A DNA stretch of 40,795 nt, from contig NIVC01004603.1 of assembly GCA_002269645.1 (NCBI GenBank), positions 1 through 40,795 of the forward strand. The letters run 5' to 3'. Each line of letters opens with the position of its first letter. Position 1 is the stretch's first letter. Made by a program: the position numbers and the translations under genes. The notes beneath the pieces were generated by a model that was not told the origin of the DNA, ran no database searches, and was given only the letters and a program-made list of their open reading frames with translations. The stretch comes from Macrostomum lignano. Lineage: Eukaryota. Positions 23,762-34,155 of the stretch are shown here, piece after piece.

Positions 23762-26700
23762 GTGAGAACTCTCTATTTGTTATCTTGTTGTGTGCTGCAA
23801 TTTTTCTATTTTACTACAACACCTAGACTCGCTAAATGACGCCCCAAGGTTCGCGGATAAATCATTCTTCAAGGAGAAACTGCGAGTTCACCCGTGAGAA
23901 ATTTGCTCTTTGATCTGTTACAAGCCATTACGAGCCACGATGCTGTTTTCACGGATGATGAAATGCCCTCTTTTTCAGGCTTCTGGCTAGCGCAGACTCT
24001 GCAACTCTGCCTACAATGAGGTCTTTTAACAACCGTCCGACTCTGCCGGTTCGTGCTCCAGGTAACAGCGGTATTAAGCAGCAAGAAGGCTCAAGGCTTG
24101 ATCTGAACAGCAAGCTGGATGCACTTAATGCAGCTGCTGCAATGCAAGCAAAAGAGACGCCGGTGGCAGCTGGTGAAGTAGCAATGGAAACAGAAGCAGC
24201 AAAACCAACGGAGAGTAGCACGGTTCCGAAAGTGGAATGGTGAGTTGCATTGCAGATGGTTTTTTAAAATTTGTTAGTCATTTCTAACTTAACCGAAATC
24301 AGTTTGTTTGGTGTTTAGTTGGTGACAGAAGACCCTCAGCCAGCGAACTGGAAGATCAAATTGCTTTTCATACCCTGAGCATTGAGCTTACACACAATAC
24401 ACAATGAGCTTACCCTTGCAGCAAGTCCGTCATGAAGAGCATCAAATTCGGCGAAGAGATCGGTCGGGGCGCATTCGGAACTGTTTGCCGGGCCACTCTG
24501 CCGAACAGCCCGACCGAGTACTGCGCCAAGTTCATTAACTTGCCCTTCCACGACACAGACGGAAAGGACGTCAGAAATCACAAAGTCGCAGACAATATCA
24601 AGGCTGAACTGAATCTGTGCGGACTGAAACACGAAAACATTGCAAAATTTGTTGAAATATGCTACAATGCCGATAGCCTGCAGATCACTGTTGTGATGGA
24701 GCGCGTCTACGGTAAAACGCTGAATAATTTTCTTAATGGAGAACCTGTTCAAATCGAAGTGAACCGAAAGCTAACAACCCAGGTGAGACTTGCCTAGATT
24801 TGAAAGTTAGAGAAGAATTTCATTTTAAACTCTCAAGTGGAAACCCTGCTTACAGATCTGCAGCGCTCTACAGTATATGCACAGCATGGGTGTTGTTCAC
24901 CGGGACATCAACGGCAACAACATCCTTATAGATAGAAATAAATTGGTGAAACTTATCGACTTTGGTCTGTCTCGCAGGCTGTGCGAATCCGACACGCACT
25001 GCCTGGAGAGCAGCACGATGCCGAAAGGGACTCTCCATTTCCTGGCTCCGGAGAGATTCGGCGGAGACGACCAGGAAGGCGGCAGCTCCGGTCGAATCTG
25101 CCCCAAAACGGACATCTGGGCCCTCGGTTGCATCGTGTACTACATGGCGAATGGCAGAGTGCCGTATGACAACATAAAAAGCTTCGTGCATCTTGGCAGC
25201 AAAATTTCAACGTTCGGCGCTCCTTCACTGGCGAGTTCACCGGAGACATGCGACATCAAAATGATAGATTTTTACGGCTGCTGTACAGACAAGAATTACA
25301 AAACTCGAAAGTCGTCAGCTGAGCTGCTTAAGCATCCATTTATCGTGTGCAGTGAGTGCAGATTAAGTTGTTGGATCAATTTAAATATTTTAGTATATAC
25401 TAGGTTTAGTATAGCAAACGTTTAGTTCACTAAGGGGATGGGGGGAGTAGCAAAGCGCTAAAACGCGTCATGCCTGATGACGAGTGTCCGGGCCGTTGAA
25501 AGCTCTCAGGGTGTACTTGCGTGTATTAAGATCTACTTTATCCTAATTTGCGGTTGTACTCAAAGTTTCTCTTGCGATCGCAGACTATTAAACTCATACT
25601 CATCAGTAGCTGTATACTAGCTGATTATAGTTTAGGCCCTACTTCTCGTACAGATATTAATTGGGAATCTGCATGATGACAATAGACAATCATTTCATCC
25701 AAGTGAAATAAAAACATTTTAGATTCTGACCATTTGGCCGTAAAAAGTCAGAATAGCAACGACGATGACAATGAGAAAGGCAGCGGTCCAGATGGAGGCG
25801 ATTGCAAGCGCAGGCCAAATGCAGGCCACGGAGATGGCACAAATGATCCCAGAGGAGCCGATTCTAATAACGGAGGCGGTCCAGGCGGGCCAAGTGGCAG
25901 CTCTGAAGGCAGCATATTGAATAACCCCGGAGCCGTTGCGTCTCAGAGGTTGGTCCCTGACTGACTAAAAGTATATTTGCACGCCTATGCAGAAGCTGAA
26001 AAATGGGGAAAGAAAATTCCCTAAGAAACTGATGCTTTTCCCAGCCCCAATGACCTATGCAGATTTTAAAAACAGTGTCAGACAAATCTAATCGCCTTGT
26101 CCAAAAATAATAGAATGGAAAATTGAAATTATGTGTTCTCAGCTGCATGTTCAGTATTAGATTCGTCAGTTGCGCCATTGCAAGTAGTGAAAACAATTGC
26201 GTAACAAGAGCAGGCATCAATTGCAAAGTTTAGAGCATAAATTTAAGGGCGTCATAAAATGCTGTACATTATTAGATAGAAATTTTGGCAGACAACTCAA
26301 ATGTACATATTTATTGAGATCTATTGTGATTAAGGGATTGAGAAACAATGAACAGACTATGTACATTCATAAAGTAGAACATGCCTCTTATCACAAGTTT
26401 GCTAACACGCAGACTTCCTTTGAAAATAAAGTTGCAGTCAATTGAAACAATTACCCTCAGTACTCAAATCAGTTCTCTGGCCTCGCGATGCCAAACTTTC
26501 GACGCACACATGAAGAGAATCGTATCTGGTGCTGCATCCTCTGCTTCCGCAAAGCCGATCGCGTTATTTCAGCTGCTCAGGCAGAACTCATCGAGCAATT
26601 TATCCTGCCAGAATTCTGTCATGCCTACATCCGTAATACTCTGCCAGGAGGCATGTGCAGCTGCTGCAGCAAGAAATTGCAGTCACAGACGTCACCTGTA

Positions 26701-29700
26701 CCGCAAGAACTGCCTGCTCGACTGCCATACCTTCAAATTGTTGCAGATTTGGAGGTTTTGCCACAACTCACACGTGAGCATCCGCACTGCTCCTGCTGTA
26801 TCTGCCAGGTAGTTTCCAGCCCATCAAACAAGCGGGTGGCGGTCTGGCACCCATACATGTCTGACAGCAGCCGGGCCAACCATAAATTGCCCCAAGGACG
26901 ACCTGCAGAAACAACTCGAAGCCAGGACAGAGACTCGGAGAAGCGCTGCACTAGGTGCCACTCACTTGTGGGCAAAGGCCTAAGGCACGAGTGCAGCGTC
27001 TCCAGCAAGTTGCAGTACCTGCGCACGCTCAGCCCTACATCAAAAGAGCACATCGCTCATGACGTGATGCGTGAAAAGCTAAGAGCAGCAGCAGCATCAG
27101 GACATGGATCAACGGCTTCTATTTCCAGCGCCACCGGTGGCCCACCAATGCAGCTGAGGCATGCAAGTGATTCAAATGAGCAGAGAGCGCTGAGGACCGA
27201 GACACTAGTAACGTTAAAGACATCTCTCAATCTGAGTGACCGGCAGACAAACATGGCAGCCACAATTATCAGGCAGGCGGAGGGCAGTCGTAAGGCCGTG
27301 CAACCCGGACTGCGGGCAGCTCTGGCAGCCGCAGGCAGCATCGCGGAGAGTTTTTTTGAGATGCGGCAGCTCAAATTCACTCAAAAGTCCTCAGGTGGCA
27401 GCTTTACTGATACCACAAGATGTTCCGTCATATGCCCCGATCTGCAGGGCCTGCTGAGCTTCATTTGCTCAAAGCGAGGATTTAGTGAGTTCGATGTGAG
27501 ATTGAAGCTGGGGATGGACGGAGGTGGTGGCTCGCTAAAAATCTGCCTTAGTGTCGCCCCAGTACTGCCTACCGAACCACAGGCAGAGTCCACACCTAAG
27601 AAGCTGAGCAGGGAGTCGCGAATAAGCAACTTTGGCGTAAAAAAACTGTTTATCATCGCGATTGCTGAGGATGTCCAGGAGAACTATGCAAATGTGCGAG
27701 CACTTCTAGATGAGCTAGACTTGACATCGATTAAGTTCACAGTCGCTTGCGACTTCAAGCTAGCCAACATCCTGTGTGGCCTTCAAAGTCATGCCGCAGC
27801 TCATCCTTGTCTCTACTGTGAGGGGCAGGCGCCGTGGCAAGTTGCCGGTTCCATAAGAACCCTTGGATCCATTCGTCGGATGGCCACGGCATTCGAGGCT
27901 GCTGGTAGCTGCCAGCGACTGGCAAGAAACTACGCAAGCTGTGTCAGACAGCCTCTTCTCCCTGGGGCTGATTCTACGCCAATGCTGGACCTCGTGCCAC
28001 CACCAGAGCTGCACATCATGCTTGGTGTGACCAACAAACTGCTCGATCAGCTGAACTCAGCTTGGGGCGACGACAAGGCATACAAGTGGGCGCATTCAGC
28101 TGGAATCTGTCGCGAGCAGTACCACGGCGGGTGTCTGGAAGGCCCTGCGTGTGTCAGATTGCTGCTTAAAGCTCAAGAGCTCAAGAGCAACCTGCCATCA
28201 AGGCTCCAGGGCTATGCGTCTGCTCTCATGGCATTCGATGCTGTTCGCCAAGCATGCTTTGGGCAACAGCTGATGAGCGACTTTTGCCAGAAGATTGCCC
28301 AGCTGGAATCCTGCTGCGCTGAACTGAAGCTGGTGCCGACACCTAAGATGCACGCCCTTTTCCACCATGTTCCGGAGTTCTGCGAGCGATTCAACTCAGG
28401 CCTTGGGACCTTCAGTGAGCAGGCAGTCGAGTCTGCACACAGCGACTTTCGTTCGACGTGGCAGCGGTTTCGCAGGCCTCTGGGGCATGTGCAGTATGCA
28501 GAATGCCTGCTGCGCGCAGTTGTTAGCTACAATTCCAGCCATATTTGATGTCAAGCATTTTCATGCCTGCAAAGATTTCTAGGATTTAGCTTGTGTACTT
28601 AATATCCATGCACACTTTATTCCATACGGACATTAGCAATAATAAGTGCATGGTTCTCATTTTATAATATTAATACTAATACAGTTGCACGTTCCTTTAA
28701 TGATTAAAATTAATATTAAAACTACGAACTTATATTAACATTAATATTATCGATGGGTTTCGCCTTAAATACCTATCATATTACATGTAATTTGCATATA
28801 ATATAAAAAATTCATATTACCATTTTTGACAAGGCGATTAGATTTGTCTGACACTGTTTTTGAAATCTGCATAGGTCATTGGGGCTGGGAAAAGCATCAG
28901 TTTCTTTGGGAATTTTCTTTCCCCATTTTTCAGCTTCTGCATAGGCGTGTTTGATTTATTTGCATCACCAGTATAACAAATCGCTATTGCAGAACCGCTG
29001 AAGACGACGACCGATACCCAGTGACGTCTCCGCGACGGGGTGTTTGTCTAATAATCAACGTTGAAAAGTATGACAGGAGGTCACTCCTCGAGGATCGGGA
29101 AGGATCTCGCTTGGACGTAGATAGGCTATCAACACTGTTCTCAAAGATGGCTTTTGATGTCCAGTTGGCGCAAAATCCAACTAGTCAGGAGATGCCGGAA
29201 CAAGTTCACGCGGCTTCAGTTGAATTTGGCCGTTCCAACCTCGGCTGCTTTGTGTGCGTCATCATGGCTCACGGCTCTAGTGGGGAAGTCTATGGAAGTG
29301 ATGGAGAATCCGTAGGCTTAGAATCAATTATGCGGCCTCTGTACCCTGTTCACTGCACCAGTCTGCTCAACAAGCCAAAGATTTTCATTATTCAAGCGTG
29401 TCGTGGATTGAAAGCTGACGAGTCGCGCTTTTCACCAAATCGCGCGGAAGATTCCAGATTCAGCCCTTATAAAAAAGATTTTCTGGTCTGCCATTCAAGC
29501 ACTAAGGGCGAAACAGCCCATCGGGATCGGTATAATGGCTCACTGTTCGTACAGACATTCTGCGACGTCATTTGTGACCGGTTTCGTCACGATCATCTGA
29601 CGGACATTATGGCCAATGTAAACTGCCGACTAATGAAGGCTCAATCTTCAGCTCGGCATGGGTTCGATGATATTGTTGTATCCGAGTACTGCTCGACCCT

Positions 29701-29764
29701 GACAAAGAAGTGCTACCTGGATATAGTAACAGATGTAAGGGTTAATACTGAGGAGGACATGTAG
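22397..29764 (+). CDS. Predicted ankyrin-repeat / Ser-Thr kinase / caspase fusion protein; exons 22397-22896, 22982-23018, 23292-23761, 23979-24239, 24422-24782, 24856-25351, 25723-25948, 28972-29764; start exon not found
   Basis: All 7 introns are GT-AG and phase-compatible (2,0,2,2,0,1,2). The exons sum to 3144 nt, i.e. 1047 aa plus stop. The last junction uses donor GTTGGT (25949) and acceptor CACCAG (28971), giving ...ASQS-ITNRYC...DRYPVTSPRRGVCLIIN. Confidence 0.68.
24422..25351 (+). CDS. Ser/Thr protein kinase domain (STE11/MAP3K-like motifs), split by a 73-nt intron (24783-24855)
   Basis: IGRGAFGTV, CAKF (beta-3 Lys), KAEL (alphaC Glu), HRDINGNNIL, DFG, GTLHFLAPE, DIWALGC, LLKHPF. Confidence 0.93.
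25980..28949 (+). mobile_element. Full-length Chapaev-type (Transib/RAG1-related) DNA transposon, 2970 bp
   Basis: 122-bp TIRs (25980-26101, 28828-28949) with 2 mismatches. 5'-CAC...GTG-3' termini. 4-bp TSD TTTG (25976-25979, 28950-28953). One intact transposase ORF. Confidence 0.9.
26488..28548 (+). CDS. Chapaev/RAG1-like DDE transposase, 686 aa
   Basis: N-terminal H-x7-C-x2-C...P-x3-C-x2-C Chapa-type zinc finger. Putative catalytic triad in GMDGGG / ACDFK / SEQAVES. Zinc motifs CLYC and HALFHH. PPELHIMLG. These parallel the RAG1 core (GYDEK, CTLC, HKTLAH, SEGNES). Confidence 0.9.
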   Translation: MPNFRRTHEENRIWCCILCFRKADRVISAAQAELIEQFILPEFCHAYIRNTLPGGMCSCCSKKLQSQTSPVPQELPARLPYLQIVADLEVLPQLTREHPHCSCCICQVVSSPSNKRVAVWHPYMSDSSRANHKLPQGRPAETTRSQDRDSEKRCTRCHSLVGKGLRHECSVSSKLQYLRTLSPTSKEHIAHDVMREKLRAAAASGHGSTASISSATGGPPMQLRHASDSNEQRALRTETLVTLKTSLNLSDRQTNMAATIIRQAEGSRKAVQPGLRAALAAAGSIAESFFEMRQLKFTQKSSGGSFTDTTRCSVICPDLQGLLSFICSKRGFSEFDVRLKLGMDGGGGSLKICLSVAPVLPTEPQAESTPKKLSRESRISNFGVKKLFIIAIAEDVQENYANVRALLDELDLTSIKFTVACDFKLANILCGLQSHAAAHPCLYCEGQAPWQVAGSIRTLGSIRRMATAFEAAGSCQRLARNYASCVRQPLLPGADSTPMLDLVPPPELHIMLGVTNKLLDQLNSAWGDDKAYKWAHSAGICREQYHGGCLEGPACVRLLLKAQELKSNLPSRLQGYASALMAFDAVRQACFGQQLMSDFCQKIAQLESCCAELKLVPTPKMHALFHHVPEFCERFNSGLGTFSEQAVESAHSDFRSTWQRFRRPLGHVQYAECLLRAVVSYNSSHI
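28972..29764 (+). CDS. Caspase (peptidase C14A) domain on a terminal exon
   Basis: YPVTSPRRGVCLIIN, REGS, catalytic MAHG and QACRG, and small subunit DFLVCHSSTKG...HRDRYNGSLFVQTFC. There is an in-frame stop at 28952 and no ATG before the fold begins, so an upstream exon is required. Confidence 0.93.
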
Positions 29765-30644
29765 GACCTGAAAGTGTCTCATTTGTAGCTTCTACTAAAA
29801 TTTGGAACCATAAATTTGGGAAACGATGAATTTTTTGTTCTGCCAGTTTTTCATTAGATTTGCATTATACATCGACTGATAACGCGTCATACAGTGTATC
29901 TGTCATCGACGTCGAACGTCGGCCAGACTTGCATGTATTGACAGTTCAGGTGCTGTGGCTTATATCAGAAGACCTTTGCTATAGTGGCAATCTAGAATTA
30001 ATTTCGCAAAGGAGACTGTCAGGCCTCAGAAAATTACTACTTAAAATTACTAATTATTTTCTAATCGGACATTTTGTCCGCCATCTGTTTACTCCATCTG
30101 ATCTACCCGCTATTTTACGCCTAAGAAACTATGTTTGCGATAGTTTAATTTGCATGCTAAATTTGTTATTTTGTGTTTTAGGTTAAGTTCTCTGTAGATC
30201 CACGTTCGTCTAAGTCTTTAAATTGTAATATTTTACTACGAGCAATATACTGTAGGTTTGATATCGAACACAAATTGCAACTATACTGCAGACAAGTTGA
30301 CAAATAAAATGAAATCTGCCAATTCGAACATGCAAAGTGTACAAGCCATTGTGAGTTATTACCCCCTTGTAACTTCGTTTATCCAGGCGAGTGGCTTGTT
30401 GTACAAGAAGTACAAGAAACCGTGAATTTTACGTATTTAATTGCCCCAGGGTGAAAGGACTCTTATCGAGCTTGTGTCGAGTGTTAACTACTCCACACTT
30501 TAGGAGCAACTCTATGGCCCAAACCCGGGGGACCAGGCCGCTACGATCTTATGATCTGAAAGCAGCTAGCTACATAAAATACTCTCATCGCTGCATTAGT
30601 TGAACGAGAACTCAAGCCAGCGTGCTCAACTTGCTGCCGTCATC

Positions 30645-30974
30645 ATGTCCTCATCTGACCGTAACATCGACCGGAAATGCGACGAAGTTCGCAGTAAAAT
30701 CGAAGCCAAGCTGCAGGCCTCCGGCGAGCAGGACCGGATCCGGCGCCACATCCGGGCGGCTCTGAACAGCTCGGGCTGGATGGACGAAGTGAAAAGCCAG
30801 TGCCGAGATCTCATCCGGGCCAAGGGGGTCGAGTACTGCACTGTGGAGGAAATTGTTGAGGCGGTGCTGCCGCAGGCCAGAGAGCGGGTGCCGAAGGAGC
30901 TCAAGCAGGAGGTACTGGACCTGCTATGGAAGTTTGTCGACACGCACGACATTGGACTGGGAGATGACTGCTGA
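30645..30974 (+). CDS. ENY2: ENY2/Sus1 (SAGA DUB module / TREX-2 subunit), 109 aa, intronless
   Basis: IEAKLQASGEQDRIRRHIRAALNSSGWMDEVKSQCRDLIRAKG...TVEEIVEAVLPQARERVPKELKQEVL matches the ENY2 pattern I recall (KLIETGERERLK...GWKDQLK...TVDDLV...VPDSVKKELL). Confidence 0.88.
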   Translation: MSSSDRNIDRKCDEVRSKIEAKLQASGEQDRIRRHIRAALNSSGWMDEVKSQCRDLIRAKGVEYCTVEEIVEAVLPQARERVPKELKQEVLDLLWKFVDTHDIGLGDDC

Positions 30975-32585
30975 TTACGTCGCACAATGTACTGATTTTC
31001 ATCGAGAAACTTAGAACCAATTACAATTCAGTTCGTCAGGGGCTTCATTTTCCTTAGCACCGCTTTCATGCATCTTATAGTAGTCTCCATGTACTGATTT
31101 CGATGTGGTATTTTAACAGCAGTCGATTGAAATTTCTGTGCTCGTGCCGAGTGCACTAGAAGACTTTTTGTTCTTAATGTAGCATTGAAATAAGAGATTA
31201 TTTTTAGTATACTATGCATTGATTTCGTATTGAAATTGTAACCAAATAGTAAAGATGAAATCAAAATTACATGTATTTGCGCCTAAGCGACATAAAAACA
31301 GTTATTTATTCGCTTTTCTTGATTTATTTTGGTGGACGCGCCTATTATCTGCAAAAAATGCTGCCAATTATTGGAATTCCAAGTCTACAGATAAAACTCT
31401 ACTGCAGCATTTCGTATGGCTGGCGAGCGAACAGGACTTGAACTCTATAGAAACCCTTTCTCTGAAACTTTCTGCGGTAATTATGCATTATCCGTGAAGT
31501 ATTCTGACGCCCGCCGACGACGGAACCGAGTACAGATCCATGTGTACCTAACGTTGAAGGACGCCGCTGGCATATTTATATGTACATGTAGGTATAGTTT
31601 GACATTACGCCAACGGATAACGACGTCATTACATAAAAGCAGAAACGTCGACGTATTTTACATTTAAAAGTACTTAATTTGCTTGATTACATTGTTGGTT
31701 TACCGCGTGCACATCGCACGTGCTACAAGGAAAGCAGTGTAGCAAACGCTAGAAAGGGGAAGTCAGCCCAGTGGGTCGTCCAGTTACCATATAATCACTA
31801 TGACTATGATGCTGTCACACGAAAGCCTCGGGAAAACTCCCCGTCAGCTAGCAGCAGACTGACTGGTTGGCACGTGTAGTAATAAATTTGTTTTCAAGAC
31901 CGGTTCTCATTCCGTTAGCTCCGCTGGTCTATCTGAGGTTGCTCAAATCGATAAGTAGTTGGTTCAGACTCATTTTAAAGTTGAGTTGATATTAGTATTC
32001 TCACAAGAATAATTGGTTCCAGAACAAAATAACTCCGTTATCCAATTCTACAACCAGAATCAGATGGGAAATGAAAAGCAACTTGAATTTATTTAAATGT
32101 TGCCAGCCTTTACAGGAAACGTGAATGGATCGAAAATTTTATTTAGACAGACACGCAGCGTTCTGGAACTGGAACCCATTTTGAAAATGGATATTAAAAA
32201 TTAAACAATTGGTACGAACCGGCTAGACCCCGGCCATTTAGTTTCGAGAATCGATTATATTTATTTATTATTTCATTCACTGCTCTCACTAGACCATACA
32301 AGTTGCCACGTTGCCACGCCTGAATTAAAAAATCTGCTCTTTACTGTCCTATGTTCAGCTCATGATTTAGTAGCAGTCCAAGTTCTGGTGCAACAATATA
32401 AGGACTGTGCAATTCTATTCATTGTTGATTTAACGATGTACATTAATTTGATGAATAGGGGGAATGGGGAAAGGGCTGTTGAGTTGTGAGTGTGTACAAT
32501 TAGCTATATTTGGTTTAGTTAGTTGCGTATATACATGTTTAGTTAGAAAGCTGATGGAAGCGGGCTGCATATTGATTTCCTTAAA

Positions 32586-34155
32586 ATGGATAACTCGTGC
32601 ATCATATACGAAAATGAGGTCCGCCAACGTCAACAAGGCTTGCAGTGTGATGGCTGCCATGGTTGGCAACACCGAACATGCAACAGTGGCATGTACGATT
32701 GAAAAGAATGAAAAGAAGTAAAAACTAACCGTTGTCATTCCTTCCTACATGTATACATGCAAAGGCACTCAAGGCCATCGTCCCGCACGCGAAACCAGAG
32801 GGCTTTATCGTTGACTTTGAGGCCGCAGTTCTGAGAGCCATCTGAACTGTCTTACCACAAGCATCAATTCGTGGCTAGCAGCTAGGCTTGCCATTCAGCA
32901 GCTAGGCTTGCAGCCGGCGTACTGTAACGATGATGGAACTCAGCGATTCTGCCGAAAAGCTGATGGCGCTCCCCTTCCTGCCACCTGAGCATATTGCGAT
33001 GACATTTTACCGTCTCCACGTTGAGAGGCTGAGACTGCTCTAACACCTCTCCTGACTGCCCTGTGCGACTACGTCCAAGTGACGTGGATCACCAGCTCCA
33101 TCTGCTGGAACATCCATGACATCTCCGTATACAGACAGGTGAAGTTATGACAAAATATTTTATGTGTATCCGGAAAAAATATCATTGCAAACTTGGAGAT
33201 AACTTGGAAAGTTCATGTAGGCATGTAGGCATGTAGGCATATTGAAAATGTAAGGAAAGTACCAGTACTTCATACTTTGGCAGTTTTCATTGTTGCAAAA
33301 AAGTTTAATTACTTGACAAGTATTTTCATGGTGATTTAAAGTAGATACAAGAGAGTGTACTGTCTTAGAGTATCACTTTAAGAGTGATACTAAGTGCAGA
33401 ATTCACCTTAAGTACTACATGTAAGGAGGAAAAATGATGTACTGGGACTGACTTCGAAAGTATGACTTTGTTGTATGAACTAAAGTGATTAACAAGTTTG
33501 ATAAGTTTGCTTAACAAATACATGTCACTACTGATACGCATAAATGCATTATTTTACGCATTTGTGTCAATACATTTTTCTATATTTCACAGGTGATTAG
33601 CTGGACCAACAACGACTTAGAGAGCAGGCATCGCGCGCTAAACTACAGAGCCTGCGAAGATACATCCAATTTTACCTGCTCATCAAGCTCCTATTCAATG
33701 AAGCACGAATGATCCCCGTGGAGGTGCAGCTCCTCTCCCAAGGAGTAATGCGCCGCGTACAGCACAACAGATACCGAGGTATGCAGGCCCAGTACTTTAA
33801 GTACTGGAAATTATTCAGGCGCGGCAACCGCTCAGTGGATGATCTACTGAAGGCAGTTAGTGCAATAAATGGACCTCACTGAACCACATTTTAACAAATA
33901 CATTATAACAAATACAAGTCTAATTCATTTTAATTGCTCATGTACATTCTAACAAAGCATTTTAACAAATACAAGTATAATCGTCAAAGTTCGTCAATTT
34001 AACTGCTTGTACATTCTAACAAATGCTTTTAACAAATACAAGTCTAATAAATTTTAACTACTTTTTACTACTAGTTTACTACGACTGTCGCCCTTTTGAC
34101 TGTTGCCCTTTTGACTGTCGCCCTTTTGATCTGTCGCCCTTTTGACCTGTAGCCG
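32586..34155 (+). mobile_element. Internally deleted, degenerate MULE/MuDR transposon with an N-terminal PHD-like finger
   Basis: MDNSCI...QGLQCDGCHGWQHRTC at 32586. PEGFIVDFEAAVLRAI. KLMALPFLPPEHI. Intron 33139-33592. WTNNDLESRHRALN through a stop at 33882. The right end has four CTGTCGCCCTTTTGA-like repeats ending GTAGCCG at 34155. Stops and frameshifts present; left TIR not found. Confidence 0.8.

Noticed and set aside
22577-25249. Antisense and alternate-frame ORFs over the ankyrin and kinase exons (likewise over PPIB, ENY2 and ANKRD54)
   Set aside because: Shadow ORFs caused by GC-rich codon usage of the real genes.
26488-28548. A true RAG1/ProtoRAG gene with a RAG2 partner
   Set aside because: There is no RING or nonamer-binding region, no space for RAG2L within the TIRs, the TIRs are symmetric and the TSD is 4 bp. 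This fits Chapaev rather than ProtoRAG or Transib (5-bp TSD).
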